Shown: positions 34,857 through 44,042, counted from the stretch's first letter. The stretch: DNA of 64,000 bases from a virus (IMGVR_UViG_3300012933_000236:1-64000); one strand, 5' to 3'. Made by a program: numbers and translations. Notes: generated from the sequence alone by a model not told the origin.

Positions 34857-35152
34857 TAATATTCTATAATAGTCGCAGTGCTATTTATTTTAAATTATTA
34901 ATTTCTTATTTTTAGTTATGCAGCATGGACGCTCAAGGCGCTTTGCCTGTCCTACGGACGGTTAGATGCAACTTCAACTGTTCTTGCTCGACTACAAGCT
35001 TCACTAAAGCACCTATAAGCCTCTACAAGCTGTCAATTTCAGTTAGTCTAGGGCTTGGTAGCCTGAAGGTACGAAACGAGCATATAGAGCGTTTAAACAA
35101 ATTGATAATTGTGCAAAAAAAAAGATTAGATGTCAACTTTAAGAAAGTAAGC

Positions 35153-35635
35153 ATGAAAATAAAAGAATTAATTGATTATGATTTGCTTGAAGGTAGTTTC
35201 TTTATTTTAAAGAATAATATCAGATACCGAAAGATATTTCCAAATGAAGATGGTTATTTAGTATTTTATAAACAAAGCAATAGAATAAAACTAAAAGCTA
35301 ATAAAGTAGCAATTGAGTTGGTGCAAAATATAATTGTGCAAAGAGATAAAGTAGTATTGCATAAAAACTTAAATGAAAAAGATTATAGATATTGCAATTT
35401 AAAACTAATATCCAAGAAAACATATAATGCTATAAAAGAATCTTATAGAAATTTGAATGGATATTTAAAACTGCAGCCTCACCCTAAAGATATGTTTTCA
35501 TATGTACTTATCTGGAAAGAAAATGGAAAAGATAAAATATTAGTTGTGCAAGATATAGTAGTTGCGAAACGAATGCTAAATAAGTTGCAGTTGAAGTATG
35601 CCAAGATTCTCAACAGACATTGTATATTTGACTAA
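35153..35635 (+). CDS. hypothetical protein, possible HNH-like homing endonuclease
   Basis: Start moved to MKIKELIDYDLLEG. VVLHKNLNEKDYRYCNLKLISKKTYN is HNH-like (weak). The upstream 228 nt of the listed ORF are GC-rich non-coding. Confidence 0.35.
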   Translation: MKIKELIDYDLLEGSFFILKNNIRYRKIFPNEDGYLVFYKQSNRIKLKANKVAIELVQNIIVQRDKVVLHKNLNEKDYRYCNLKLISKKTYNAIKESYRNLNGYLKLQPHPKDMFSYVLIWKENGKDKILVVQDIVVAKRMLNKLQLKYAKILNRHCIFD

Positions 35636-35650
35636 TGATTGATATTACGC

Positions 35651-35679
35651 TTGAAATTACTGATTTTATATGATATAAT
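35651..35679 (+). promoter_or_regulatory. sigma70-type promoter: TTGAAA, 17 nt, TATAAT (TGATATAAT)
   Basis: ttgaaattactgattttatatgatataat. Drives a roughly 250-nt leader before the 35931 ORF and the tRNA cluster. Confidence 0.5.
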
Positions 35680-35930
35680 CAAGCATCTATGTAAATTAAA
35701 CTTTCAATCTTTAGTAAATCATGGTATTAAGCGCCTTGAACCTGCGTAAGATACAATTTGGTTTAACCCTGCTAGATATAAATCTTTGTATGTTCGACTA
35801 TGTATCTTTAAACTCCTTTCAGTCATAGTTACTTCAGTACAAGCTGGATAAGTAACCAGCAACTATTTTTTCATTGTAGACAATTTCTACAGTGTTTGTA
35901 CATAATGGCTAACAAAAAGAATAATACAAT

Positions 35931-36143
35931 ATGAACTGCATTACATGCAATCGTTACTTTAAGCAAAACGCTTTCAACAAAACAGTAGAGTGTGAAGACT
36001 GCTTAGATAGTGCTTTTTTGAACTTGGATTCAGAAGTACAAGTAGACTTCGAATTGCTTAAGAATCCTTCTGGTAAAACAAGTCCTGTATTTTATGATGA
36101 CGAGTACAACGATCCAGAAATTGACAGTAGAGATTCAATCTGA
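35931..36143 (+). CDS. small Cys-rich (zinc-ribbon-like) protein
   Basis: 70 aa with CITCN...CEDC. Confidence 0.45.
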   Translation: MNCITCNRYFKQNAFNKTVECEDCLDSAFLNLDSEVQVDFELLKNPSGKTSPVFYDDEYNDPEIDSRDSI

Positions 36144-36186
36144 AGTATTGACAGAAGCTAAAACTGCTGTTACAATAACTTTATAA

Positions 36187-36261
36187 GCTGGAATAGCTCA
36201 TCTGGTAGAGCAACGGTTTTGTACTCCGTAGAGGTGGGTTCGAGTCCTACTTCTAGCACCA
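36187..36261 (+). tRNA. tRNA-Thr(TGT): tRNA-Thr (anticodon TGT)
   Basis: GCTGGAA acceptor, TAGCTCATCTGGTAGAGC D-arm, anticodon loop TTTGTAC, T-arm GTGGG-TTCGAGT-CCTAC, encoded CCA. Confidence 0.75.
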
Positions 36262-36268
36262 AATTTAA

Positions 36269-36343
36269 GCTACTATCGTCTATCGGTTAGGACATCTGGT
36301 TTTCATCCAGACAAGCGGAGTTCGATTCTCCGTAGTAGCTCCA
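36269..36343 (+). tRNA. tRNA-Glu(TTC): tRNA-Glu (anticodon TTC)
   Basis: GCTACTA/TAGTAGC acceptor, anticodon arm TCTGG-TTTTCAT-CCAGA, T-arm CGGAG-TTCGATT-CTCCG, CCA. Confidence 0.75.
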
Positions 36344-36512
36344 GTATTTACTAAAGTCCAGTGGGTCAAATCCCCGTCCTCTGAGTATTGCCCAATGCTT
36401 GGCGGTGGTGTAGAGAAACACATTAGTATTTACGTGTAATCCGCAACTACGTTAAAAGTTCGGCTGCTCAATCGCCAACGGAAAGAGCATAAGGTTACAG
36501 TTGGATAAATTT

Positions 36513-36587
36513 TGGCATATAGCTCAGAGGTAGAGCAAACGGCTGTTAACCGTTCGGTCTGTGGTTCGATCCCACATTTGCCAGCCA
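36513..36587 (+). tRNA. tRNA-Asn(GTT): tRNA-Asn (anticodon GTT)
   Basis: D-arm GCTCAGAGGTAGAGC, anticodon arm AACGG-CTGTTAA-CCGTT, T-arm TGTGG-TTCGATC-CCACA, CCA. One T-T mismatch in the acceptor stem. Confidence 0.65.
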
Positions 36588-36593
36588 ATCAAT

Positions 36594-36671
36594 CTATATA
36601 TAGGCTAGTCTGGTTAAGTCACCTGATTTGGGGTCAGGAAGTCGGTGGTTCGAATCCATCTATATAGACCA
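36594..36671 (+). tRNA. tRNA-Pro(TGG): tRNA-Pro (anticodon TGG)
   Basis: CTATATA/TATATAG acceptor, anticodon arm CCTGA-TTTGGGG-TCAGG, T-arm GGTGG-TTCGAAT-CCATC, CCA. Confidence 0.7.
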
Positions 36672-36678
36672 TATATTT

Positions 36679-36754
36679 ATATCTCTAGCTCAACTGGCAG
36701 AGCAACGGATTCCAAATCCGTAGGTTGTAGGTTCGATTCCTACGGGGTATGCCA
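36679..36754 (+). tRNA. tRNA-Trp(CCA): tRNA-Trp (anticodon CCA)
   Basis: D-arm GCTCAACTGGCAGAGC, anticodon arm ACGGA-TTCCAAA-TCCGT, T-arm GTAGG-TTCGATT-CCTAC, CCA. Acceptor has two G-U pairs. Confidence 0.7.
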
Positions 36755-36763
36755 AAGATAAAT

Positions 36764-36836
36764 AGCGGGTATTCAGGGCATCCGTAAGTCTCATAAGCTC
36801 TACGCAGAAGTTTCGAGTACTTCACCCGCTTCCAAT
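36764..36836 (+). tRNA. tRNA-like element with perfect acceptor stem (AGCGGGT/ACCCGCT), T-arm GAAGT-TTCGAGT-ACTTC and CCA, but no recognisable D or anticodon arm (possible pseudo-tRNA)
   Basis: Only 66 nt before the CCA; no canonical cloverleaf could be built for the central 36 nt. Confidence 0.3.
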
Positions 36837-36873
36837 TAGGTGTTCCGCTACCTTAAGTGCGGGATCAAAATTA

Positions 36874-36960
36874 GGGTACGTATACCGTTAAGGAGGCGGT
36901 CTGGTCTGTAAAACCAGTGCTACTATAGCTCGTCTGGATCGTTACCAGAAGTGCCCACCA
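36874..36960 (+). tRNA. tRNA-Tyr(GTA): tRNA-Tyr-like (anticodon GTA, type II with long variable arm)
   Basis: Anticodon arm CTGGT-CTGTAAA-ACCAG is identical in its loop to E. coli tRNA-Tyr. Variable arm GCTA-cta-TAGC, T-arm TCTGG-ATCGTTA-CCAGA, acceptor GGGTACG/AGTGCCC (one mismatch), CCA. The D-arm spacing is irregular. Confidence 0.5.
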
Positions 36961-37215
36961 AACATGACCTGAAATAACGGTCCGACAGGTGAAATGCCTG
37001 TACCTAACATTACCTATCCCCTTAGGATCGTTGTCGCCAACGGTTATCTACTCATGTAGAAGGCGTCCCTCGAATCTGTTGCGAGGTAACATAGAGGGTG
37101 ATACCTCTAGATAAGCATTGCCAAGTGCTTATGCAAAGAATACAGCGTTCCATCTGCGGTAGATACGAAAAGGCTACTCTGGAGTCGTAACCAGAACTAA
37201 TTTATAAGGAATAAT

Positions 37216-37560
37216 ATGTCATTCGTAAAAGGTAAATCCGGTAATCCAAACGGTCGCCCTAAAAGCGTAAACCTACTTGAAAAGCCAACTAACCGTGAAC
37301 TAAAAGAGCGTGAACTTGTGATGCTTCTACGCAAGATTAAACCTCACGTAGCTGAAGCAATTATGCAAGCTGCTGCAATCATGAAGAATGAAGAAGCTAG
37401 TCATCAAAACCAACTAAAAGCTGCAACTATCCTTTTGGATAACTATCGCAGACTAACTTTAGATATGTATGATGGTGAAGAGCAAGCTGATGAAGCTGGT
37501 ACAGAAGTACAACAACACAATGCTCCAATTTTCAGCTTGAAGGTTGTAAACGAAGAATAA
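37216..37560 (+). CDS. putative terminase small subunit
   Basis: 114 aa. N-terminal GKSGNPNGRPK motif is common in phage TerS-like proteins. Sits immediately upstream of TerL. Confidence 0.5.
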   Translation: MSFVKGKSGNPNGRPKSVNLLEKPTNRELKERELVMLLRKIKPHVAEAIMQAAAIMKNEEASHQNQLKAATILLDNYRRLTLDMYDGEEQADEAGTEVQQHNAPIFSLKVVNEE

Positions 37561-37569
37561 TAGGATAAT

Positions 37570-39039
37570 ATGTCAGAACAAATAACGATTGCACCAGCTT
37601 CTAAAAAGCAAGAGATGTTTTTAAATAGTCCAGCAACTATTACATTAGCAGGTGGTGCTGCAGGTTCTGGTAAAACATACACATCATTACTCATTGCATT
37701 GAAGTTCATGCAGCACCCTAGAGCAACGGGTGTAATCTTTCGTAGAACTTCTAAGATGCTTACTGCTCCCGGTTCAATCTGGCATGAAGCAGTGCATTTA
37801 TACACAAGTCTTTATCCAAACCTAAGAATCCGAAGTAGAGAACTTGAGTTAGTGTTCCCAAATGGAGCATTACTTAAATTCAGTCATATGCAACACGCAA
37901 CTAACATGTATGATCACAAAGGTGGTCAGTACTCATTGGTTATTTTCGATGAAGCAACTGATTTTGAAGAAGAAATGGTAGTATACCTTCTTTCTCGCAT
38001 GCGTAACGCTTATGTTGATTATAAACCACAGATGTTTATGATGACTAACCCTGATTACAATTCCTTCTTACGATCATGGATTGAAGATTACTATCTTGAT
38101 GCAAATACAGGTATTCCTTTACCAGAAAAAACTGGTCATCAGCGTTATTTCTTTCGTCAAGGTAACACAATGCTTTGGTACGATAGTTTAGAGCAAGCCG
38201 AAGCTGCTCATGGTGCTGGTAACGAATCAGGTATTTCATCTTTTACCTTTATTGGTGCTACTTGTCGAGATAACCCTCCGCTACTCAAAGCACAACCAGA
38301 TTATATCAGTAGATTGATGTCTTTACCAAGAGTAGAGAAAGAAAGATTACTTGATGGTTCATGGTTTGCTCGTCAGGAGTCTGCTGGTTTATTTAAGCGC
38401 GAATGGGTCGGTTTAGTTGATCACGCAAACGGTAGAGCAAGAAAAAGAATCAGAGCTTGGGACTTTGCTTTCAGTAAACCTTCTGAACAATATCCAAATC
38501 CTGACTGGTCAAGAGGTGTTCTAATCTCTAAAGACCCACATAATTTATATACAGTAGAAGATGTAGTATCCATTAGAGATAGAGTGCATGAAGTAGAAAA
38601 GCTAGTATTCGATACTGCTTTACAAGATGGTCAAGACGTAACAATTAGCATTCCGCTAGACCCCGCTGCAGCCGCTGGCGCTTATGCCAAAGACTTACAG
38701 CGCAAGTTAGCTGAAATGGGTTTCAACGTAAGATTAACAAAGCCTGTTAAATCAAAGATTACTCGCTTTGCACCTTTTTCAAGTATAGCACAAGCTGGTT
38801 TCGTAAACGTAGTAAAAGCTAATTGGAATAAAGATTTCTTTGACGAATTAGAAGTCTTCGATGGTGATCCAAAGAAAAAAGACGACCAAGTTGACTGCTG
38901 CTCAGATGCAATGCTTTTATTAAATAAAGATACACAATTGCCGCAATTTACTCTACCAGATTTTACAGGTACTAGTCCATTTGATGGAAGTGTATCAGGT
39001 TTTAATATCCCTACTTTTAATAGTTCATTAGTTTCATAA
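37570..39039 (+). CDS. terminase large subunit
   Basis: 489 aa. Walker A LAGGAAGSGKTY, Walker B LVIFDEATDF, and a C-terminal nuclease-domain acidic residue pattern. Confidence 0.9.
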   Translation: MSEQITIAPASKKQEMFLNSPATITLAGGAAGSGKTYTSLLIALKFMQHPRATGVIFRRTSKMLTAPGSIWHEAVHLYTSLYPNLRIRSRELELVFPNGALLKFSHMQHATNMYDHKGGQYSLVIFDEATDFEEEMVVYLLSRMRNAYVDYKPQMFMMTNPDYNSFLRSWIEDYYLDANTGIPLPEKTGHQRYFFRQGNTMLWYDSLEQAEAAHGAGNESGISSFTFIGATCRDNPPLLKAQPDYISRLMSLPRVEKERLLDGSWFARQESAGLFKREWVGLVDHANGRARKRIRAWDFAFSKPSEQYPNPDWSRGVLISKDPHNLYTVEDVVSIRDRVHEVEKLVFDTALQDGQDVTISIPLDPAAAAGAYAKDLQRKLAEMGFNVRLTKPVKSKITRFAPFSSIAQAGFVNVVKANWNKDFFDELEVFDGDPKKKDDQVDCCSDAMLLLNKDTQLPQFTLPDFTGTSPFDGSVSGFNIPTFNSSLVS

Positions 39040-39051
39040 TCAAAGGAGCCG

Positions 39052-40530
39052 TTGATGGCACGTAAATCACAAAATAACTCAGTACAAAAAGCAGTGGATG
39101 ATACACCAGATCGCTTCAAATTAAGTGAATCAGGATATCTTGGTTTAAATGTCTTTAATGGTGTTTCTAGTGATGAATTAAAACGCGAATTAAATTTCCC
39201 AAATAGCATTAATACTTATAAGCAAATGTCTTATCATGGTAGTATTAATTCTGCATTGACTTTATACGAAAACTTAATCGGAAAAGTAGATTGGGTATTT
39301 AAACCAATTAAAGATGCTTCTGCTGAAGAATTAAGACAAGCTCAAATCATCAATGAAATGATGCAAGACCTTACTGATCAAACTTGGTCTGAGTTTATTT
39401 CAGAAGCACTATCCTCTAATATGTATGGTTTCTCAGTACAAGAGAAAGTATATCGTAGACGTTTAAAATCAAATGGTTCGAAATATAACGATGGTTTGGT
39501 TGGTTGGAAAAAGCTACCAATTCGTAATCAGGAAACAATTGAAAAGTTTATCTTCAGTGAAGATGGTAATGAAGTAAAGGGTGTAAAGCAAAACCTTTCT
39601 GCCATTTCTGATGTTTATAATCGTTATTCAAGTCGAACAAATAACGAAGTAATTTTACCTCGTAGCAAAATCATGCTGTTTCGTGCAGGTAAGCACAAGG
39701 GTGATCCGTTTGGTAAATCCATGCTTCGTGATGCCTACTTAGCTTGGAGATTCTTGAGTGTAATCGAAGAGATTGAAGCAAATGGTGTAGCTAAGGATTT
39801 AGCAGGTCTACCAGTACTAAAGCTTCCTCCACAGTATCTATCGTCAGATGCTTCTCCTGATCAAAAGGCAATTCGTGCTTACTATGAAAATGTAATGCGT
39901 AATTTGCAGCTAAATCAGCAGTCAGCTTTGATTTTACCACAAGCGCATGATCCTGACTCCAAACAACCTATGTTTGAATTAGAATTACTATCTCTAAATG
40001 GTAGTAAGGCAATGGACACATCCAAGATTAAAGAATACTATAAAAACCTAATCTTGACATCCTTATTTGCTGATATTCTAGTACTAGGTCAATCAGGTGG
40101 TGGTTCCAATGCTCTAGGTCAAGTAAAAAATTCTCTTTCCGCTTCTGCTGCTGAAGCAATGCTGAGAAAGATTCGTGATGTTATCAATGAAGAGTTAATT
40201 AAACAGACATATGAACTCAATGGTTGGGATACTTCCAGAATGGGTCACATGGATTTTGATAACTTAGAATCAGAAGATTTAGAATCATTCTCTAAAGCTG
40301 TTCAGCGTTTTGCAAGTACTTCTGTTATTGAAGTTGACCGCGCAGTTCTCAATAGAGTTCGTGAGAGCATTGGTGTTGATGCTTTACCAGAGGATATGGA
40401 ACCTGATAAAGAAAAGCTACCAGCTATGACTTCTCGTAGTGGTGATGGTTTTAAAACTGCAGGTGAAGGTACTGCAACATCACCATCTGGTAATGACACA
40501 AGTTCTGGTAACTTAGAGAATGCAGCATAA
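39052..40530 (+). CDS. portal protein (putative)
   Basis: 492 aa, directly after TerL. Size and acidic C-terminus are typical of lambda gpB-like portals. Confidence 0.55.
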   Translation: MMARKSQNNSVQKAVDDTPDRFKLSESGYLGLNVFNGVSSDELKRELNFPNSINTYKQMSYHGSINSALTLYENLIGKVDWVFKPIKDASAEELRQAQIINEMMQDLTDQTWSEFISEALSSNMYGFSVQEKVYRRRLKSNGSKYNDGLVGWKKLPIRNQETIEKFIFSEDGNEVKGVKQNLSAISDVYNRYSSRTNNEVILPRSKIMLFRAGKHKGDPFGKSMLRDAYLAWRFLSVIEEIEANGVAKDLAGLPVLKLPPQYLSSDASPDQKAIRAYYENVMRNLQLNQQSALILPQAHDPDSKQPMFELELLSLNGSKAMDTSKIKEYYKNLILTSLFADILVLGQSGGGSNALGQVKNSLSASAAEAMLRKIRDVINEELIKQTYELNGWDTSRMGHMDFDNLESEDLESFSKAVQRFASTSVIEVDRAVLNRVRESIGVDALPEDMEPDKEKLPAMTSRSGDGFKTAGEGTATSPSGNDTSSGNLENAA

Positions 40531-40879
40531 AATTGCAGTTCTATATTGGTTGCATCTAAAAGAACACACTGACGTATTCACACAAGGATATGTTGGTGTT
40601 ACTACTCGTTTAATTGAAACCAGATTCAAAGAGCATTGTGGTAAATTTAATAATTCTTATAATCCTTATAATCCTTTGCATCTGGCATTTAAAGAATACG
40701 GAATTGAAAATATTATTAAAACCAGACTCTGTGTTTGTGAAGAAAAACAAACATATGAATTAGAGAAGATTTTCAGACCATTTGAATACATGGGTTGGAA
40801 TACTGTACAAGGTGGTAAGTTCTCACCACAAGCAAGACAACTTATAATTAGGAATAAAAATGCCATATTCAACCGATAA
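40520..40879 (+). CDS. GIY-YIG homing endonuclease (small)
   Basis: 119 aa. IAVLYWLHL (GIY-like), GYVGVTTRLIETRFKEH (YIG plus Arg/Glu), and a conserved N near the C-terminus. Confidence 0.65.
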   Translation: MQHKIAVLYWLHLKEHTDVFTQGYVGVTTRLIETRFKEHCGKFNNSYNPYNPLHLAFKEYGIENIIKTRLCVCEEKQTYELEKIFRPFEYMGWNTVQGGKFSPQARQLIIRNKNAIFNR

Positions 40880-41084
40880 TATCCCACAGTGGGCTAATAA
40901 AAAGTCTAAGTCAGTTCAAGAAGTAGCCATTAGAGTATTTAATCAGACTTTGAAAGATACAGGTTCTGAAGAAAAAGCCAGAATTGCTTCACTTGCTGCC
41001 ATGAAAAATGCAGAAGAAGCTAACAAGAAAGATAAAGTTAAGAAATCCGTAGAGGATATTATTAAAAGTAAGTATCTCAAATAA
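40860..41084 (+). CDS. hypothetical protein
   Basis: 74 aa. Confidence 0.45.
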   Translation: MPYSTDNIPQWANKKSKSVQEVAIRVFNQTLKDTGSEEKARIASLAAMKNAEEANKKDKVKKSVEDIIKSKYLK

Positions 41085-41092
41085 GGAACAAC

Positions 41093-44041
41093 ATGCAATG
41101 GACTGCAGATAACACACCGTCTACTATACAAAGTAAATCTTTAAAATTAAGAGAATTATTTGCAAAAGTAGCTAATGCTTCCTTAGATAAAGGTTTCTCA
41201 AAAGAAGAATCTATTTTTGCAGGTACTAATGCTGTAAAAATTGAAGAGCGTAAAAATCAACCCGCTAAAGTTAAGGCTCCTAAATTACCATCACACGTAG
41301 AAGCACTTAGAAGTTATACGAATCCTTTTGAAGTTGTTTCAAAAGCTGAAGAAATTATAGAAGTTCAAAGTACTGTAAAATCTGCTGAATTTGATGCAGA
41401 TGGACATTTGATATTGTCAATGTCAGATGGTAAGAAGATTAAAACTAAAAATAAAGCTGCAGAACAAAATATTGAACAGAATATTGCCATTGCTCCAAAT
41501 GTTCAGTTATTTTCATCAAATGATAGTGTAAATATTACTCAAGATGGTCAAGCTTTTGATTTGACTACAGTTGGTTCAAATGTAGATGTAATTTCATCTG
41601 ATGGTACTATAACAGTTTCACAAACTGGTGATGTATTTGATTTAAGTGCATCATCTGGAAGTGGAACTGTAAATTTGACATCCTTGGATGGTAGTATTGT
41701 TATCACAGAAAATACTGGTAGTTATGATTTAGCAGTATCAGCAGCTTCCCCTGCTTCCACTTTAGTTGTTCAGGTAAGAAATCAAACGGGTTCTACATTA
41801 ACAAAAGGAACTGTTGTTTATATCAACGGTGCTTCTGGAAATAAACCACTGGTTAGTAAAGCTCTTGCAACTTCGGATGCAACTTCTGCACAAACACTTG
41901 GTTTGATAACTGCAGATATTAATACAAATCAAAATGGTTACGTAACAATCATTGGTGTGGTTGCAGGTTTAAATACATCAGCATTCGCAGAAGGTGTTCA
42001 GTTATATCTAAGCCCTACTGTTGCAGGTACATATACGGCAACAAAACCACATGCTCCTAGTCATCTCGTATATGTTGGTGTTGTAACTAGAAGTCATCAA
42101 AATCAAGGTTCCATCGAAGTTAAAGTTCAAAACGGTTATGAACTCGATGAAATTCATGATGTACAAATTGTTAATCCTACTGATGGTCAGATAATTGCAT
42201 ATGATTCTGATACACAACTTTGGAAAAATATTGATGCACCTGCAAATTCTGTAACATCAGTAACAGCAACTGCTCCAATTAATAGTACTGGTGGATTAAC
42301 TCCTATAATTTCTATCACTGAAGCTACCACAACTTCTTCTGGTAGTATGAGTGCTGGTGATAAATTAAAGCTTGATGGTATTAGCGTTGGCGCACAAGTT
42401 AACAGTATAACTTCTGTAGCTGGTAAAACTGGTGATGTAACTTTAGATAAATCAGATGTTGGTTTATCTAATGTAGATAATACCGCTGATTCTGCTAAAA
42501 GTGTAGCCAGTGCATCTACTCTAACTACAGCACGTTTAATTAACGGTGTATCTTTTAATGGTTCTGCAGATATTACTATTGCAGATTCAACCAAGCAACC
42601 TCTGGATAGTGATTTAACAGCAATTGCAGCTTTAACAGGAACCTCTGGTTTACTTAAGAAAACCGCAACAAATACTTGGACTCTAGATACAAATAATTAT
42701 GTTACCAGTTCAGGAGTAACATCTGTAAATGCTACAGGTACTGTAAGTGGTTTAACATTCAGTGGTACAGTTACATCAACTGGTGACTTAACATTATCGG
42801 GTCAACTAGAAGTTTTACCTTCAGATTTTCAAAGTCAAGCTGCTAATTTAGTTTTAGCATCTCCAAATTCTACAACTGGTAAACCTACTTTCAGAGCTTT
42901 GGTGACTTCTGATATTCCAAACTTAGATGCTTCTAAGATTACAAGTGGTACTATTGACGCTGCACGTTTACCTAGTTATATAGACGATGTTCTAGAGTTT
43001 TCTAATTTAGCAAGCTTTCCATCTACAGGTGAAACTGGAAAATTATATGTAGCACTAGATACTAATAAAGTTTATCGTTGGAGTGGTAGTACTTATATTT
43101 TTATTACAAGTGGAGCCGTTGATAGTGTAGCTGGTAAAACTGGTGTTGTTACATTAAATAGTTCTGATGTAGGATTAAGCAATGTAGAAAATAAAAGTTC
43201 ATCTACAATCCGTAGTGAAATTACTAGCACCAATGTAACTACAGCATTAGGTTTCACACCATATAATGCCACAAATCCTAACGGATATATTACTACTGAT
43301 AGTAATATCACTGGTACAGCTTCTAATGTTACTGGTACTATTTCTACATCAAATGGTGGTACTGGATTAACAAGTTATACAGCAGGTGACATATTATATG
43401 CATCTGATTCAAATACATTGACTAAATTACCAATTGGTTCAGTAGGAGATGTGTTACAGGTTGATAGCGATGGTAAACCAAGCTGGTTGGCATCAAGCTC
43501 AGGTTCAACTTTAACAGTTGCTGATTCTGCTCCTAGTGATCCATCATCAGGAGATGAATGGTTAAACACAACCGATGGTATTAAATACACCTATGTATCT
43601 GATGGTACTTCTGATCAATGGGTAGAACTTGAGAGTTTACTATCTATAAATAATAATGTAAGTATTTACTCAAATGAATATGTTTTAACAGGCACAACAA
43701 ATGATGACGTTGAAAAAGAAATATTTGTAAACGGAATAGCTGACAATAGAATTGGTATAGCTACTAATACTTTTATTTATTATACTTTAGATATTGCTTG
43801 TAAGAGTACTGATTCTAGTACTGATTTTGCTGCCTTCTATGTAAAAGGTGCTGCCACTAATAATGCAGATGTTGTATCAGATGCTGGTTCTTTATATGAA
43901 ATTGTTGTAACTAGAAGTAATCCCAATATATTAATTGACGTTAGAGTAAATTCTACAACGAAAACATTGAATGTATATGTAACTGGTCTTCCCGGAAAAA
44001 CATTTTCTTGGAAAACAGCATTAAAAATAGTAGAGGTTTAA
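41093..44041 (+). CDS. large fibre protein with Phage_fiber_2-type repeats (tail or head fibre)
   Basis: 982 aa, S/T/G-rich. TTARLINGVSFNGSADITIA matches the phage tail-fibre repeat. Many beta-rich repeats. Confidence 0.6.
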   Translation: MQWTADNTPSTIQSKSLKLRELFAKVANASLDKGFSKEESIFAGTNAVKIEERKNQPAKVKAPKLPSHVEALRSYTNPFEVVSKAEEIIEVQSTVKSAEFDADGHLILSMSDGKKIKTKNKAAEQNIEQNIAIAPNVQLFSSNDSVNITQDGQAFDLTTVGSNVDVISSDGTITVSQTGDVFDLSASSGSGTVNLTSLDGSIVITENTGSYDLAVSAASPASTLVVQVRNQTGSTLTKGTVVYINGASGNKPLVSKALATSDATSAQTLGLITADINTNQNGYVTIIGVVAGLNTSAFAEGVQLYLSPTVAGTYTATKPHAPSHLVYVGVVTRSHQNQGSIEVKVQNGYELDEIHDVQIVNPTDGQIIAYDSDTQLWKNIDAPANSVTSVTATAPINSTGGLTPIISITEATTTSSGSMSAGDKLKLDGISVGAQVNSITSVAGKTGDVTLDKSDVGLSNVDNTADSAKSVASASTLTTARLINGVSFNGSADITIADSTKQPLDSDLTAIAALTGTSGLLKKTATNTWTLDTNNYVTSSGVTSVNATGTVSGLTFSGTVTSTGDLTLSGQLEVLPSDFQSQAANLVLASPNSTTGKPTFRALVTSDIPNLDASKITSGTIDAARLPSYIDDVLEFSNLASFPSTGETGKLYVALDTNKVYRWSGSTYIFITSGAVDSVAGKTGVVTLNSSDVGLSNVENKSSSTIRSEITSTNVTTALGFTPYNATNPNGYITTDSNITGTASNVTGTISTSNGGTGLTSYTAGDILYASDSNTLTKLPIGSVGDVLQVDSDGKPSWLASSSGSTLTVADSAPSDPSSGDEWLNTTDGIKYTYVSDGTSDQWVELESLLSINNNVSIYSNEYVLTGTTNDDVEKEIFVNGIADNRIGIATNTFIYYTLDIACKSTDSSTDFAAFYVKGAATNNADVVSDAGSLYEIVVTRSNPNILIDVRVNSTTKTLNVYVTGLPGKTFSWKTALKIVEV

Positions 44042-44042
44042 A

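Noticed and set aside
34925-35930. Group I intron with internal HNH ORF (GC-rich 5' segment plus structured 3' segment)
   Set aside because: No conserved P/Q/R/S core elements could be recognised by eye, and no interrupted host gene is evident. It is kept as a compositional observation only.
36344-36512. Additional tRNA(s) between tRNA-Glu and tRNA-Asn
   Set aside because: A 7-bp acceptor pairing (TTGGCGG/TCGCCAA) and a D-arm (GTGT...ACAC) can be drawn, but no T-arm or anticodon arm folds. It is probably a decayed tRNA. A firm call needs covariance-model search.
40666-43590. Minus-strand ORFs inside the GIY-YIG, fibre and portal genes (40666..40887, 40943..41131, 42008..42594, 43093..43590)
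   Set aside because: They are antisense to long, well-supported plus-strand structural genes.
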